A stretch of 58,737 nucleotides of DNA from a virus. Positions 37,501 through 46,284 of this stretch are shown here, in pieces; positions within the stretch are counted from its first letter, which is position 1, and the number at the start of each line of letters is the position of its first letter. The stretch is from positions 1 to 58,737 of the IMG/VR virus record IMGVR_UViG_3300000968_000001; one strand, 5' to 3'. A program made the translations under genes and the position numbers. A model generated the notes under the pieces. That model was not told where the DNA came from. It was given only the letters and a program-made list of their open reading frames with translations, and ran no database searches.

Positions 37501-39945
37501 GAATCCAAGAAGTCATCATACCAGACATTATTCACAAAACTTGGCGATGATCTAAAAAACTCTATCGAGAAAAACTCTAAGAACGAAAGAGAATCCAGTC
37601 TACACTCTGAACTGTCTTACAGAGCATTAAAAGGTGATAATTCTGCTCTAAGTATATTACCTCAACCGATTAAGCAATCCGTCTTGAATGGAAGGAGGTC
37701 TATTGATATACCATCTAAAAAACTAATCGATGATGGAGTGATTAGTGGTGATTTAGCTAAGTCAGTCGGTGACAATATAGGGAAATACATTCTGAGGGAA
37801 TTTAAAGTATTTGATCCAGAGTCAGGCTGGAATTACGACAACATTAAAAGCGAGCATCCAGACGTTTATAATTCAGCTTTGCAATACATCATGGGCAGTA
37901 AGGGCATGAGCGAAGTTGATGCTGATATAGTAATTCAAGAAATGACTGATGCTAGCAGGGCGCGTTCATTCTATATGGGGGACAGTCAAGCAGGAAAGAT
38001 TGATGCTTCGTCATTCATTAAGAGAAAGGATTTACCCACGCCTATACTCAATCTTCTTGGGGAGATTAGAGACCCCGCATTAAATATAGCTAGAACAGGA
38101 AGCAAGGTCACTGGAATATGGGCTACACATGAGTCTCAACAGAAGGTAGCGCAAATATTATTACAGCAGGGATTCGCTAGTAGAGCTAAGGATGGGAGGA
38201 ACAATACAAGGGTTGGAGCAACAGATGTTACGTATGCCACGATTGATGCTGAGGGCAAGCCCGCTGTAGGGAAGACTCTGACAACAAGTAAGTCCATGTC
38301 TGGCTTTGGAGAAATTTACATGTCTCCTGAATTGGCAGAAGCATTTGAGACTCACTTCTCCCCATCAAATAAAAATGAGACTTTCCTAGATGTCGTTGGC
38401 TCTACGCTGGCAAAAGTGTCTAGTGTAGGTAAATTCAACCAAGTCATTCTAAATCCAGCCGCATACCCTACTAACGCTGTCGGAGCTTTCATGGTAAACT
38501 TGTTTAATGGTTATGTTTCACTAAATTCATTTAAGGCTTACGGGAAAAGTTCAAGGTTTAACAAGAGTGAATCTCCTTATACGGCACAAGACCAAGTCAA
38601 TTTCTACTCAATGAAAGTTGAGGACTTTAGGAGGGAAGGTGGTAGTGCAAGCATTAGACCTAAGCAGTTTGAGGTCGAAGCTGAAGCTTACGGATTGAGA
38701 GATAATAACGTAGCTGCGAATGACTTACTAGACACAGTGAACGAGGGTTGGAAATTCACTCCTTCAATAATGAAGAACCTATCGAAAGCTTACCAAGCTC
38801 CTGATAACTCCGCTAAACGAGCGGCTTTTGCCCGTGAGATTGATAAGTGGTCAAATGCACTTCCCGATGGATCAACCATGGATAAAGCTATTAGGTTAGC
38901 AGCTAAAGATGTTAAGCGAGTCACACAGAACTACGACATGATACCTTTATTTATTAAGGAGATGTCACAGAAAGGACTGGGTGTAGCCACATACATCAGC
39001 TTCACTTATGAGCTGGTAAGAAACACCGCTGAAACAGTGAGGTTAACCAAGGAGGAGTTAATGTCCGACAACCCTATAATTAGGAAGTCAGGCGCAATGA
39101 GACTAGCTGGTATGGCCTCTGTTGCAGGATTACTATACGGACTCAATGAGATGATAGGTGGAGATGATGAAGAGAGAGATGCCATCAAGAGAAGCCTTGC
39201 TCCGCCTTGGCTTAAAGGCAAAGGAATATTATATTTTGGTAAAGACTCGCAAGGTCGATATAGATACGCAGACCCTAGCTACATCATTCCGCATCAAGCA
39301 TTCTACAATGCTATCAACTCGGTGTTGAAAGCAGACTCTCCAGATGAAGCGTTTGAGGCTTTTGGTGATGCACTTAAAGATAACTTTGGGCAATTAAACA
39401 TTATGATGCAAACATCCGCTGAGATGATTGCCAACAAAAAGGTTTCAGGAGGCCAAATATACAATCCTGAGATAGAAGGAGATAAGGAATCCAAGCTTCC
39501 GCTACACTTATTTGACAGCATGTTTAAGCCGGGAATTTGGAAGACGATAGAAAAGTCTATTGAAGCAGGGCAAGGCAAGACTAAATCCTTTGGTTCGACA
39601 GCAAACTGGAATGATCTAGCTTGGAATTTAATAGGGGTTAGGCCATACACTGTAGACACTAAATCCCCCTCATTCTTGGAAGATCACATGAGTAGTTTTG
39701 TGTATAGGCATAGAGATGCATCATCCTTTGATAGTGCAGGAAAGCAAGCCAAACGGACACTAGGGGAGCAAGCTGAAGCTATTGAGAAAGTAAACGCTTC
39801 AGTTGATGAAATTAAAGAGGAAGCTAAAAACTTTTACGAAGACGCCATGAAGATGGGTGTCACTAAAGAAGCTATTTTAAAATCTGAGAAGGCTATAAAA
39901 ATGCCTAAGCAATATAGGTTTAAAGCGATAATGAGCGAAAAATAA
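34582..39945 (+). CDS. Large internal virion/ejection-type protein (1787 aa)
   Basis: Largest ORF; long acidic T/E/D/Q-rich linker (about 36.2-37.1 kb); I noticed no Cys. Function inferred only from size and position. Confidence 0.5.
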   Translation: MPITQWSDVVNSDKWRNGDYNFKRETMSNYMEYYRENGDPETIPQAEENFSVQFEALDKAHPDFLKGAEGASAKAEKFNIGQELLPLHTLANAPLRGEIQPDSEGRRNLGFSGREDEKIEAHNNAILADQEAYSQKLESLGIDEEQANVLVEDYKRLSWNSDQTGGVNATIDSDGFISFNPAKILFDGGLQSIEEEINSLDTLDTAKQHAIKRARQSQESQLAALEKDYHDLNKSADDLGFISQNGIAKLGFNKQSANVGILGEVNRKVEEGMSVRDAIKKVAEEQDTKLESAQAGAESGLLGISNTPHGLFTLFTGKKTKTGEFVSNQDAFTQKIRSGVSDTNSLFFDVIKAGTEAIPQVGLGLAGGGITSVALMSAAQSASGTASDIRYSEEIETALANGELTEEEVTRTIRESGASTGVVTASLGFIFRGGTESFATQGVKSQVKSLVQDNIKSNIAKGVGKTALKTLSGAGDEAIEEAIDSAFQFAITENAKGNNPDWTQFTTDLPRTMVVASILGGTFEGSSVGLNSNTWNAKEAQASIGQLQEEARNPSPVTNDQTTTEEESVSEAPVTQTQAESLGKGEGATITDPTELIRANRESAERGSQVRDASARLLDVQSEADLGSLDSEVDFIAEEEIENVSQAQETLDLITDNDGNPVEGVEPAKVEALKQYINEQSEGTSGDANQERNSGDGNADPVLETNTQENSDQVTDGEGVETEGRADAIQQDLSGVRQETESASQVDDIPAATNPSNSLDDVQPRDTESTQPVAEAVDGGATPTTQEVVTPPAQEAESIQADESGTGTSGEVDQSLEGEAISVEANQDAGSTPVASTKTASEVQVGDTVVTNDGIKHLVRGVIPQENGDLELDFTDPSNITVSPDSQVKIQPSDFTDRKISGNNNSLGIVSPTMAEILTVEPVADNSKNRLQRGLPPNPNSATKLQKRVHFFESILFKNGRLPISTRKELADLESKKSSYQTLFTKLGDDLKNSIEKNSKNERESSLHSELSYRALKGDNSALSILPQPIKQSVLNGRRSIDIPSKKLIDDGVISGDLAKSVGDNIGKYILREFKVFDPESGWNYDNIKSEHPDVYNSALQYIMGSKGMSEVDADIVIQEMTDASRARSFYMGDSQAGKIDASSFIKRKDLPTPILNLLGEIRDPALNIARTGSKVTGIWATHESQQKVAQILLQQGFASRAKDGRNNTRVGATDVTYATIDAEGKPAVGKTLTTSKSMSGFGEIYMSPELAEAFETHFSPSNKNETFLDVVGSTLAKVSSVGKFNQVILNPAAYPTNAVGAFMVNLFNGYVSLNSFKAYGKSSRFNKSESPYTAQDQVNFYSMKVEDFRREGGSASIRPKQFEVEAEAYGLRDNNVAANDLLDTVNEGWKFTPSIMKNLSKAYQAPDNSAKRAAFAREIDKWSNALPDGSTMDKAIRLAAKDVKRVTQNYDMIPLFIKEMSQKGLGVATYISFTYELVRNTAETVRLTKEELMSDNPIIRKSGAMRLAGMASVAGLLYGLNEMIGGDDEERDAIKRSLAPPWLKGKGILYFGKDSQGRYRYADPSYIIPHQAFYNAINSVLKADSPDEAFEAFGDALKDNFGQLNIMMQTSAEMIANKKVSGGQIYNPEIEGDKESKLPLHLFDSMFKPGIWKTIEKSIEAGQGKTKSFGSTANWNDLAWNLIGVRPYTVDTKSPSFLEDHMSSFVYRHRDASSFDSAGKQAKRTLGEQAEAIEKVNASVDEIKEEAKNFYEDAMKMGVTKEAILKSEKAIKMPKQYRFKAIMSEK

Positions 39946-39956
39946 CAAAATAAATA

Positions 39957-41063
39957 ATGTCAACCAACATAACAAAAACGTCCATACGCAAGCGCGTAAA
40001 GCATGAAGAGTGGGGACTAATTGAATGGGTGCGTCACAACGATGTGTCCATAGATGAGATCATCCACGGCAATAGCTCAGGGGGGAGAACTAACTTCAAC
40101 CAGAACAACTACCTGCCCGCTGTGGTAGACGGAAAACTTCTCGATATGGAGGCATTCTGTAAGCATTACGGACTAGAGGTGAAGGATGTTCTTCGCTACA
40201 AGTTAGTTACTCATGCAGGTGGAGCTTACTACAATATCACGATGGCAGATAACTCGTCCGACAAGGTGGTTGACGACATGCGTGAGGTATTTGAAAGGGA
40301 GATTAAAAAAACTCGCTCTCCTTTGCCGTTAAAAGGGCGTGTAGGCGTGGTTACGGTGACGGATATACATATAGGGTCGAAGACGGAGAACTACAACATA
40401 GAGGTGATTATAGACTCACTAGACAAGATAGCGAAGCAAGTTAATAAGATGGGGTTTGATTCGGTGGTGGTGAACAACCTTGGAGATACGATAGAGACAT
40501 TCAGCGGGAAAAATCACCCGAATTCATGGCAGTCCATAGAGGAGGGGATGTATGGAGCAAATGTTGTCAAAGTGGCAGCAGACATTCTCGATAACTTCTT
40601 ATCTAAAATTGATAACTTATCCTATGTTAATTTCATTGGAGGTAATCATGGAAGATCATCAGCAAGTCGTGATGAAGATACTAAGGCAGGGGCAGAGGAC
40701 TTAATCGCTTACTGCTTGGAACTCATGGGGCATGACATTAGATTTAATCCTAGAATCATCTCAGAGGAGATTGATGGGGTGCAGTATATCTTAACGCATG
40801 GCGACAAGAGAATATCTAAACTAGCGGGTGCAGAGTTGGTATTGCAATACGGAGACCCTAAGAAGTTCAACCTTATTCAATCTGGGCATCTACACACAGA
40901 GAAGTTTGAGGAGGAGAGTGACATCTTTCGTAAGTATAAAGTTTCTCCTATTATTAAAGAGAACGAGTATAGCAAAGATGGAGGATGGACAAGTCGCTCA
41001 GGCTACTCAGTAGCATGGAATAACGGTGATGGTATTCCACACATACTGAACGCTAGGCTATAA
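39957..41063 (+). CDS. Calcineurin-like metallophosphoesterase
   Basis: Motifs VTDIHIG, LGDT, GGNHG, THGD, SGHLH in canonical order. Confidence 0.7.
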   Translation: MSTNITKTSIRKRVKHEEWGLIEWVRHNDVSIDEIIHGNSSGGRTNFNQNNYLPAVVDGKLLDMEAFCKHYGLEVKDVLRYKLVTHAGGAYYNITMADNSSDKVVDDMREVFEREIKKTRSPLPLKGRVGVVTVTDIHIGSKTENYNIEVIIDSLDKIAKQVNKMGFDSVVVNNLGDTIETFSGKNHPNSWQSIEEGMYGANVVKVAADILDNFLSKIDNLSYVNFIGGNHGRSSASRDEDTKAGAEDLIAYCLELMGHDIRFNPRIISEEIDGVQYILTHGDKRISKLAGAELVLQYGDPKKFNLIQSGHLHTEKFEEESDIFRKYKVSPIIKENEYSKDGGWTSRSGYSVAWNNGDGIPHILNARL

Positions 41064-41068
41064 CAGGT

Positions 41069-41098
41069 CGATACGGTAAATTGCAAGCAATTACCGAT
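41069..41098. terminator. Imperfect hairpin between convergent operons
   Basis: gatacggtaaattg...caattaccgatc (about 13 bp with two bulges); weak T tracts. Confidence 0.3.
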
Positions 41099-41111
41099 CT
41101 TGGCTGTTATG

Positions 41112-41303
41112 CTAAGAATTGAGTAGCTTCAATAGCTCATCTATTCTCTTTTGATACGGATCTGTTCCGTCTTCTCTACACTTCTGCTTTTCCTCCTCTG
41201 AGTGGTGATCGACGACTCTAATTAGCTTATCTAGTTCGGTGTCTCGGATATATCCCCAGTCTTGGAATTTCGCCGTATCATGTATAAATCTTGGTTTACT
41301 CAT
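41112..41303 (-). CDS. Hypothetical protein (63 aa)
   Basis: ATG ORF, last gene of the minus-strand block. Confidence 0.5.
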   Translation of the reverse strand: MSKPRFIHDTAKFQDWGYIRDTELDKLIRVVDHHSEEEKQKCREDGTDPYQKRIDELLKLLNS

Positions 41304-41380
41304 ATTCGTAAATTGTAGTTGTGCATAACACTAGGATGGACGCCAAAATCTGCTAGGGCAGATTTGTGTCATCCATTCCG

Positions 41381-41668
41381 TTATCTTTGAAGATCTCTAG
41401 CTAGAGCCACTAAATCACAAAAAGAAGGGGAGGCATCACCGCTCCCTAATGCTAGAGCTAGTTCTTTTTTCAGCCTTTCATGCTCGGACTCGTATAGCTC
41501 CAACCTTTCCATCTCTGAGAAGTAACCTTCATCGCCGAACCTTTTTTTGATTTCACATTTAACTTGATGTTCCAATTTTAGTAATTTGCCTGTAGATAAC
41601 AAGTCACAGCACCCAACTGCATGAGCGGTCGCTGTTTCTGGGTTGGTCTCTGTATTATTCTCGCTCAT
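41381..41668 (-). CDS. Hypothetical protein (95 aa)
   Basis: ATG ORF. Confidence 0.5.
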   Translation of the reverse strand: MSENNTETNPETATAHAVGCCDLLSTGKLLKLEHQVKCEIKKRFGDEGYFSEMERLELYESEHERLKKELALALGSGDASPSFCDLVALARDLQR

Positions 41669-41686
41669 TTGTTGGCGTGCTTTCCG

Positions 41687-41959
41687 TTATGCTAAAGGAA
41701 TGCTTATATCTTCAAGCTTAGCCCAATACGCCCAGTCTTCTGGCGACCACTCATAATAAGATTCGCCGTTTTGGTCGTTTACGGAAAAGTGTTCAGAGTC
41801 GCAGGATATTGTCACGATAGCTATTTCCCTGCTATGATTGGTCTCGACGACAATCATTAGCTCATCTCCATCATACCATCTAGCGAATCCATCTTCTGTT
41901 CCTGCTGTTCCTTGCCCTCCTTTGGCAGGGCCTTTCTCCCATTTTATTTCTGTGGTCAT
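41687..41959 (-). CDS. Hypothetical protein (90 aa from ATG; MTTEIKWEKG...)
   Basis: ORF 41687..41971 starts at TTG; first ATG at 41959. Confidence 0.5.
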   Translation of the reverse strand: MTTEIKWEKGPAKGGQGTAGTEDGFARWYDGDELMIVVETNHSREIAIVTISCDSEHFSVNDQNGESYYEWSPEDWAYWAKLEDISIPLA

Positions 41960-42040
41960 ATATCCATTCAACCCCGCAGCTCCATTACGGCTTGCAGGGT
42001 AGGTGAGGTTGATAGATTTAAGCTCCTCTTCTATATTAGA

Positions 42041-42226
42041 TCAGTCCTCGGCAAGAACCATGATCTCTGTAAGAATATCTATGACCCTTTCGTCTTGCTC
42101 TTGCTTGCGGTATGACCTAGCTAGGTTGTATATCTCTAAGAGCCTTGAGTCATACTCCACTCCTTTAAGAAAGTGTTCATGCTCCTCGCGCTCTTCTGGC
42201 AGGTTGAATGTATATGTGGCCTTCAT
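42041..42226 (-). CDS. Hypothetical protein (61 aa)
   Basis: The minus ORF has a plausible E/K-rich composition; the overlapping plus ORF 42003..42275 is S/L/R-rich (shadow). Confidence 0.45.
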   Translation of the reverse strand: MKATYTFNLPEEREEHEHFLKGVEYDSRLLEIYNLARSYRKQEQDERVIDILTEIMVLAED

Positions 42227-42567
42227 TGTTCCTTCACGAACGTGCCGTTTATCATCTTCCCCTTGCGATCTTTAATCTCCTCGTAAGCGGCCTCTAAGCA
42301 CTCTTCCAGCGTAAACCCATACATAGTAGCTAGGTTTATCAAGCAGACGAGAGAATCGCCCAGCCCATCTTTAATCTCACCCATATAAGGGTTTTCATCA
42401 CCATCGAACACCTGCTCTGGTGTTACGCTTAGGCTTGCCCTGATTATTGCGTCTCTAGTCTCTAGAACCTCCTCGACAAGCTTATCATGTTGCTTAATTG
42501 GTGTACTACCCTTGATTATATTTCGGTCGTTAGACCACTGTATTACTTTTTCTATTAGTTCGTTCAT
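42223..42567 (-). CDS. mazG: MazG-like nucleotide pyrophosphohydrolase
   Basis: KLVEEVLETRDAI...EIKDGLGDSLVCLINLATMYGFTLEECLEAAYEEIKDRKG matches the small phage MazG pattern (EE..E...D.lGD). Confidence 0.7.
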   Translation of the reverse strand: MNELIEKVIQWSNDRNIIKGSTPIKQHDKLVEEVLETRDAIIRASLSVTPEQVFDGDENPYMGEIKDGLGDSLVCLINLATMYGFTLEECLEAAYEEIKDRKGKMINGTFVKEQ

Positions 42568-42785
42568 ATAAGTTCTTCTGGTTGTGCGTCATCCTGCCTA
42601 TCAACGCATTGGTACGTATGGCCTACTATGTAGAAGGTGAATGCTTCTGGCTTAGTCTCTAGTGCTAAGTTCTCGCAGAGTGAGTCAGCTTCCTTGATAG
42701 TGATCTGCTCATACTCTCTTACAGCATACCCTTCCTCGTCAGTCACTACGATGTCGAATCGGGCGTTTGGGTCTATTCCTTTCAT
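42564..42785 (-). CDS. Hypothetical protein (73 aa from ATG)
   Basis: ORF 42564..42797; the ATG at 42785 forms an ATGA overlap with the upstream mini-ORF. Confidence 0.5.
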   Translation of the reverse strand: MKGIDPNARFDIVVTDEEGYAVREYEQITIKEADSLCENLALETKPEAFTFYIVGHTYQCVDRQDDAQPEELI

Positions 42786-42910
42786 ACCACCTCCCAATCT
42801 GTAATGAAGTGAATCAATTCACTGTAGTCCTTCCCTAGTGCATCACAGAGAGTTAGCCCCTTAAGGATTCCCTCTGATCCATTATCCCATGTTATTCTGA
42901 ATAGTTTCAT
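42782..42910 (-). CDS. Mini-ORF (42 aa, MKLFRITWDNGSEGILKGL...)
   Basis: ATG 15 nt after the methyltransferase-like stop; ATGA-coupled to the next gene. Confidence 0.3.
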   Translation of the reverse strand: MKLFRITWDNGSEGILKGLTLCDALGKDYSELIHFITDWEVV

Positions 42911-42925
42911 TGTTTTATTTTTATG

Positions 42926-43741
42926 TTACTTAAATTCGTTTCTGTATTCCAACTCATCGACCATTGACTTTCTGATGAAGTGGTTGATGTGAGTTTGTGT
43001 ATCAAGGATTGCTTGGATATGCTTATCGCTTAGATCCTTTAATTTCTTATAGTCCTTGCCAGTGTTAGTATTACTTCCCCATGTGAGGTATTCTCTAATA
43101 ATTTCATGAGGAGCATCGCTGTAGATACTGACATCCTCTAGGTCATTGTAAGCCCCTATAACACGCTGATATTCAGCCCCGCCATCTAAGCCGTATATTC
43201 TACCATTCTCATCTAAGTGCGACACTAGGTCATGCCTATGCTTACTATGAAGAACCGTCCCATCAGGAGTCTTCATCATACTAGCTACAAGTGTTCTGTT
43301 CATAATTAGATGAATGTCACCTTGAAGCATACCATTCCATGTGAAGACAAATTTGCGAACCGCTTTATTATGAGAGGTGTATGCTAACTCACAATCAGCA
43401 TAACCAGTGTTCCCGTTATCCTTATCCCACACTACCCAAGAAGAGGAGTCGAAAGGCATTTCGGAGATAAAGTGATTAGCCCCCCATATGATCTGATGCT
43501 TAGAGACTCTTTTCAACTCTTTGAAATACTCGCCATTAGGAGAACTACAAAGCCATAACGATTGATTGTAATCTTTTTGCTCAGCAACGCCTTTGCCACC
43601 TACACCTTTAGTGTAACCTCCTTGGATGTTTCTTGACCCGTAAGGAGGATCAACAACAGCGAGATCGAAGTGATTATCAGCAAACTCTTTCATAAGCTCC
43701 ATGCAATCCATATTGCGAATATCTAATAGGTCTGTCTTCAT
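42926..43741 (-). CDS. DPPY N6-adenine/N4-cytosine DNA methyltransferase N-terminal half fused in frame to an unrelated ~125-aa domain
   Basis: FDLAVVDPPYGS, IIWGANHF, WVVWDK, E.AYTS match beta-class MTases up to ...NGMLQGDIH. The expected HPTQKP and D.F.GSG(T/S) motif I are absent. The sequence continues MKTPDGTVLHSKHRHDLVSH... Confidence 0.55.
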   Translation of the reverse strand: MKTDLLDIRNMDCMELMKEFADNHFDLAVVDPPYGSRNIQGGYTKGVGGKGVAEQKDYNQSLWLCSSPNGEYFKELKRVSKHQIIWGANHFISEMPFDSSSWVVWDKDNGNTGYADCELAYTSHNKAVRKFVFTWNGMLQGDIHLIMNRTLVASMMKTPDGTVLHSKHRHDLVSHLDENGRIYGLDGGAEYQRVIGAYNDLEDVSIYSDAPHEIIREYLTWGSNTNTGKDYKKLKDLSDKHIQAILDTQTHINHFIRKSMVDELEYRNEFK

Positions 43742-43867
43742 AACATTAAAGGGAGTCCCCGACTGGATTAGGAACTCCCTTTGGTTACTCGCCTTTAGCA
43801 AGAATGGTGAACGTGATTCCAGTCAAGTTCTGCTCGATAATTAGCACCGTGAAAATATGAAGTCAAC

Positions 43868-43888
43868 ATTAAACTGATTGTGGCTACA
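43868..43888 (-). promoter_or_regulatory. Conserved 21-mer, copy 3, flanked on both sides by outward-facing TTGAC boxes
   Basis: agTCAAcATTAAACTGATTGTGGCTACAttttttaTTGACg. The minus side reads TTGACT-N17-TAATTA (43866..43838). Confidence 0.7.
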
Positions 43889-43924
43889 TTTTTTATTGAC
43901 GTGTTTTAATATGTGTGGTTTAAC

Positions 43925-44036
43925 TGTGGCAGAGTTGCAGCTGAAACAACGACTCGTTAAAATTTCTGGATGTGTTCATATCCGATTAAAAAGCCTTTCT
44001 GTCATTTCAGCTGCACAGAAAGGCTTTTGCTTTTCT
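43925..44036 (+). ncRNA. Candidate small RNA (~100 nt) between the promoter-like TTGACG box and a strong terminator
   Basis: No credible ORF (track ORF 43878..44084 runs through the terminator); internal hairpins; the end is defined by the terminator at 43991..44036. Confidence 0.3.
43991..44036 (+). terminator. Rho-independent terminator (12-bp stem)
   Basis: aagcctttctgt-catttcagctgc-acagaaaggctt followed by ttgcttttct. Confidence 0.7.
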
Positions 44037-44446
44037 AAGCTCTCACATAGTTCAACGAGAGAACAACCGCTAGACTACGACTAGATAATAGACACGGAGT
44101 AAATGGCACAAAAGCAGGAATACCAAGGGTGAGGACGATGCGCCTTGGTTAAAAATCTCGAAAGAGAACTACTGTTGAGTTGATGGTTTTAGCTATGGCT
44201 GGGCTTTCCTACATCTATAACTCAATAGTCCGAAAGGGTCTTAAAATGGTAAGCGAAAACAATATGCGGAGTTTCTTAACATTAAAGGCAATAACCCCTG
44301 AATTGGGCGACTTGTCTTTGATAGTTTCGCTCTTCAATGTCGGAGTTTACTTAACATCGAAACAATGAATAATATGAAACTAAGAGAATACCAACAAGAG
44401 GCAAAAAGAAAGCTGATCTCGGCAAGATTTTATCAATTAAATAATT

Positions 44447-44992
44447 ATGAACATAACAACAGAAGAAATAAACATACTAATCTTGGAGTCTATGAATAGA
44501 GCTAAACAAGCCATTAGGTGTCAAAATGAAGTCTACAAAGCGATGCTTAAGGTGGATAACCCTATTGAGTCACTAGAGGATGGGGAGGCATATACGCCTA
44601 TAGAGAAGCGTATTTACAAGAGTATCCTAGATAAGTATGAATTAAGTATCGATCACTACATTGAAATCGGATCAATGCTTCACGACTCCCCTTTAAAGAT
44701 AGATGAAAAACAACTTAAAGGGTATCTAACAAAGATAATAAAAGGTAAGGATTCGGACATAACTGATACCGAGCTTGGCTCAATTTCAAATTGCAGGGGC
44801 AATTTAATTACTATGTGCTTAGACTTTTGGCATATCGAGACTAGTTACATCATCTTCGGGAAGACCGCCACTTACGGGAGGGATGATCCGCTTACCGAGT
44901 GTGAAATCACTGGAAGGAGAATAGACTGGAATAATAATGAGTTCCTTGATAGTTTAGAAACCCTAGCAACTAGAAACCTAAAAAATAAATGA
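44447..44992 (+). CDS. Hypothetical protein (181 aa)
   Basis: ATG ORF. Confidence 0.55.
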   Translation: MNITTEEINILILESMNRAKQAIRCQNEVYKAMLKVDNPIESLEDGEAYTPIEKRIYKSILDKYELSIDHYIEIGSMLHDSPLKIDEKQLKGYLTKIIKGKDSDITDTELGSISNCRGNLITMCLDFWHIETSYIIFGKTATYGRDDPLTECEITGRRIDWNNNEFLDSLETLATRNLKNK

Positions 44993-45540
44993 ACCAAAAA
45001 GCACAAAACCAACTATCAGAAACCAGTTCACCTCAAGAAATGTACGAAGCTATATTTTGCACGTCTTTAGGAGATGGGTATGAATGCGAACTATCAACCG
45101 TAAAATTCACATGTGAATCATACTCCACGCCCATTAATGAGGAAGGGGAGAGCTTTCGTGACAGAATATTCCAGACTATAAATGCAGTATTCACGGTAAC
45201 TAAAGGGGGCGATTTCGTTAGGAGAGTATTACTCAAGGCTATAGATAGGAATGGAAGCTACTTCATTTCCGACCCCTTTGCTGAAATGAGCGATAAAGAA
45301 CTAGATCCTGTAGAGGTGTTTCAGTCTGAGCAGTATGAAATATTCTGCGCTTATACGGAGTTTACTTTCGATGAGATTAATGACGCTAGGTTATTCGATC
45401 ATGACCCCATCCGAAATGCTGAAGAAGGATTCCGAGCTATATTATTAACCCCTCCTGTACTAACGGACTTATCACTGAATATCTATTGGGATAACTTCCA
45501 TAACAAAGTAGTTCTACCTGACCCTTGGTGGAATAAGTAA
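44989..45540 (+). CDS. Hypothetical protein (183 aa)
   Basis: ATGA-coupled to the upstream gene. Confidence 0.55.
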   Translation: MNQKAQNQLSETSSPQEMYEAIFCTSLGDGYECELSTVKFTCESYSTPINEEGESFRDRIFQTINAVFTVTKGGDFVRRVLLKAIDRNGSYFISDPFAEMSDKELDPVEVFQSEQYEIFCAYTEFTFDEINDARLFDHDPIRNAEEGFRAILLTPPVLTDLSLNIYWDNFHNKVVLPDPWWNK

Positions 45541-45651
45541 TATTCAATAACGAAAATGACTACGCCTCAGAAAAAACCGCAGAGCGTGAAGTGTATTCAT
45601 GCTTCTGTGGTGGAAAGTGGAGCTATAGGTTAGATAATACTCAAAAGAACA

Positions 45652-46284
45652 CTAGCTAATCCATCCGATTCTTTTAAGTGCGGTAAGAACTTCTTCCTTA
45701 CTGCCTCCTTCTGTTGATAACCTCCCTGTGAATTTTATCATATCAGAAACCTTATCGTATGTGGCTACAGCTTTGTTATCGATCTTCACGATTTCAATAT
45801 CTACCTTTGGCTTACTGGACTCACGTTCATCTATGAGCTTGGTCTGATACTTCATTTGCTTAAGTGACCTAAGCTTCTCTCCATCGAAAGCTATCTCTAT
45901 ATCAGTAGAGTTGAGCTGGTGGAGTTGCAGAGGAGTGAGAACCCATTTGCCATCATCAGCTTTTCGAGGGACGGAGATTCCATCCTTAACGATTTCCTCT
46001 TGTTTTCTTAGTGGTAGTTTACGAACTCTCTTGGCGGCATGATATTCCGCACCGTATAGTCCGATGTGGAGGGTTTGATTAGAGATACCCAGTAGATCAA
46101 CAAAGATCTTCTCCCAAGTTCTGTCATGCTTACTGATTATCTCTATGTCCTCTAGTTGCATCTTGCCCACAACATCAGCCATCTGCACGATTAGCTCTTG
46201 TCCTTGCTTCTTAAGTTCTACTAGCTGTCTTAATGCTTCCGATCCTTCTGGGGAAAGCTCCTTTAGTATTAGGTTATTACTCAT
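45652..46284 (-). CDS. Hypothetical protein co-transcribed with the integrase (210 aa)
   Basis: 4-nt overlap with the integrase stop. Confidence 0.55.
   Translation of the reverse strand: MSNNLILKELSPEGSEALRQLVELKKQGQELIVQMADVVGKMQLEDIEIISKHDRTWEKIFVDLLGISNQTLHIGLYGAEYHAAKRVRKLPLRKQEEIVKDGISVPRKADDGKWVLTPLQLHQLNSTDIEIAFDGEKLRSLKQMKYQTKLIDERESSKPKVDIEIVKIDNKAVATYDKVSDMIKFTGRLSTEGGSKEEVLTALKRIGWIS

Noticed and set aside
34582-39945. Idea that the 1787-aa virion protein is an N4-like virion RNA polymerase recognising the exact intergenic repeats
   Set aside because: I found no T7/N4-type polymerase motifs (the conserved Asp-containing motifs A and C, or the R..K...Y motif B) by eye. Its size is half that of N4 vRNAP. 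The repeats sit next to ordinary TTGAC boxes.
41960-42226. In-frame TGA separating ORF 42041..42226 from ORF 41687..41971 (23 sense codons between them), suggesting readthrough or TGA recoding
   Set aside because: TGA is used as a normal stop elsewhere, often in ATGA overlaps (4640, 23293, 31554). No suppressor tRNA is present, as the anticodons are CAT and GCA. A same-frame arrangement with no other stop across only 23 codons is expected by chance reasonably often.
43878-44084. 68-aa plus-strand ORF from the track
   Set aside because: It starts at a non-ATG codon inside the 21-mer/promoter region, has a Cys/Leu/Ser-rich composition, and reads straight through a 12-bp-stem intrinsic terminator. 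It is more likely non-coding (sRNA candidate).
44180-44368. 62-aa plus-strand ORF in the 43.8-44.4 kb gap
   Set aside because: It has a non-ATG start, no coupling to its neighbours and no recognisable motif. It is left unannotated and could be a small hydrophobic peptide.
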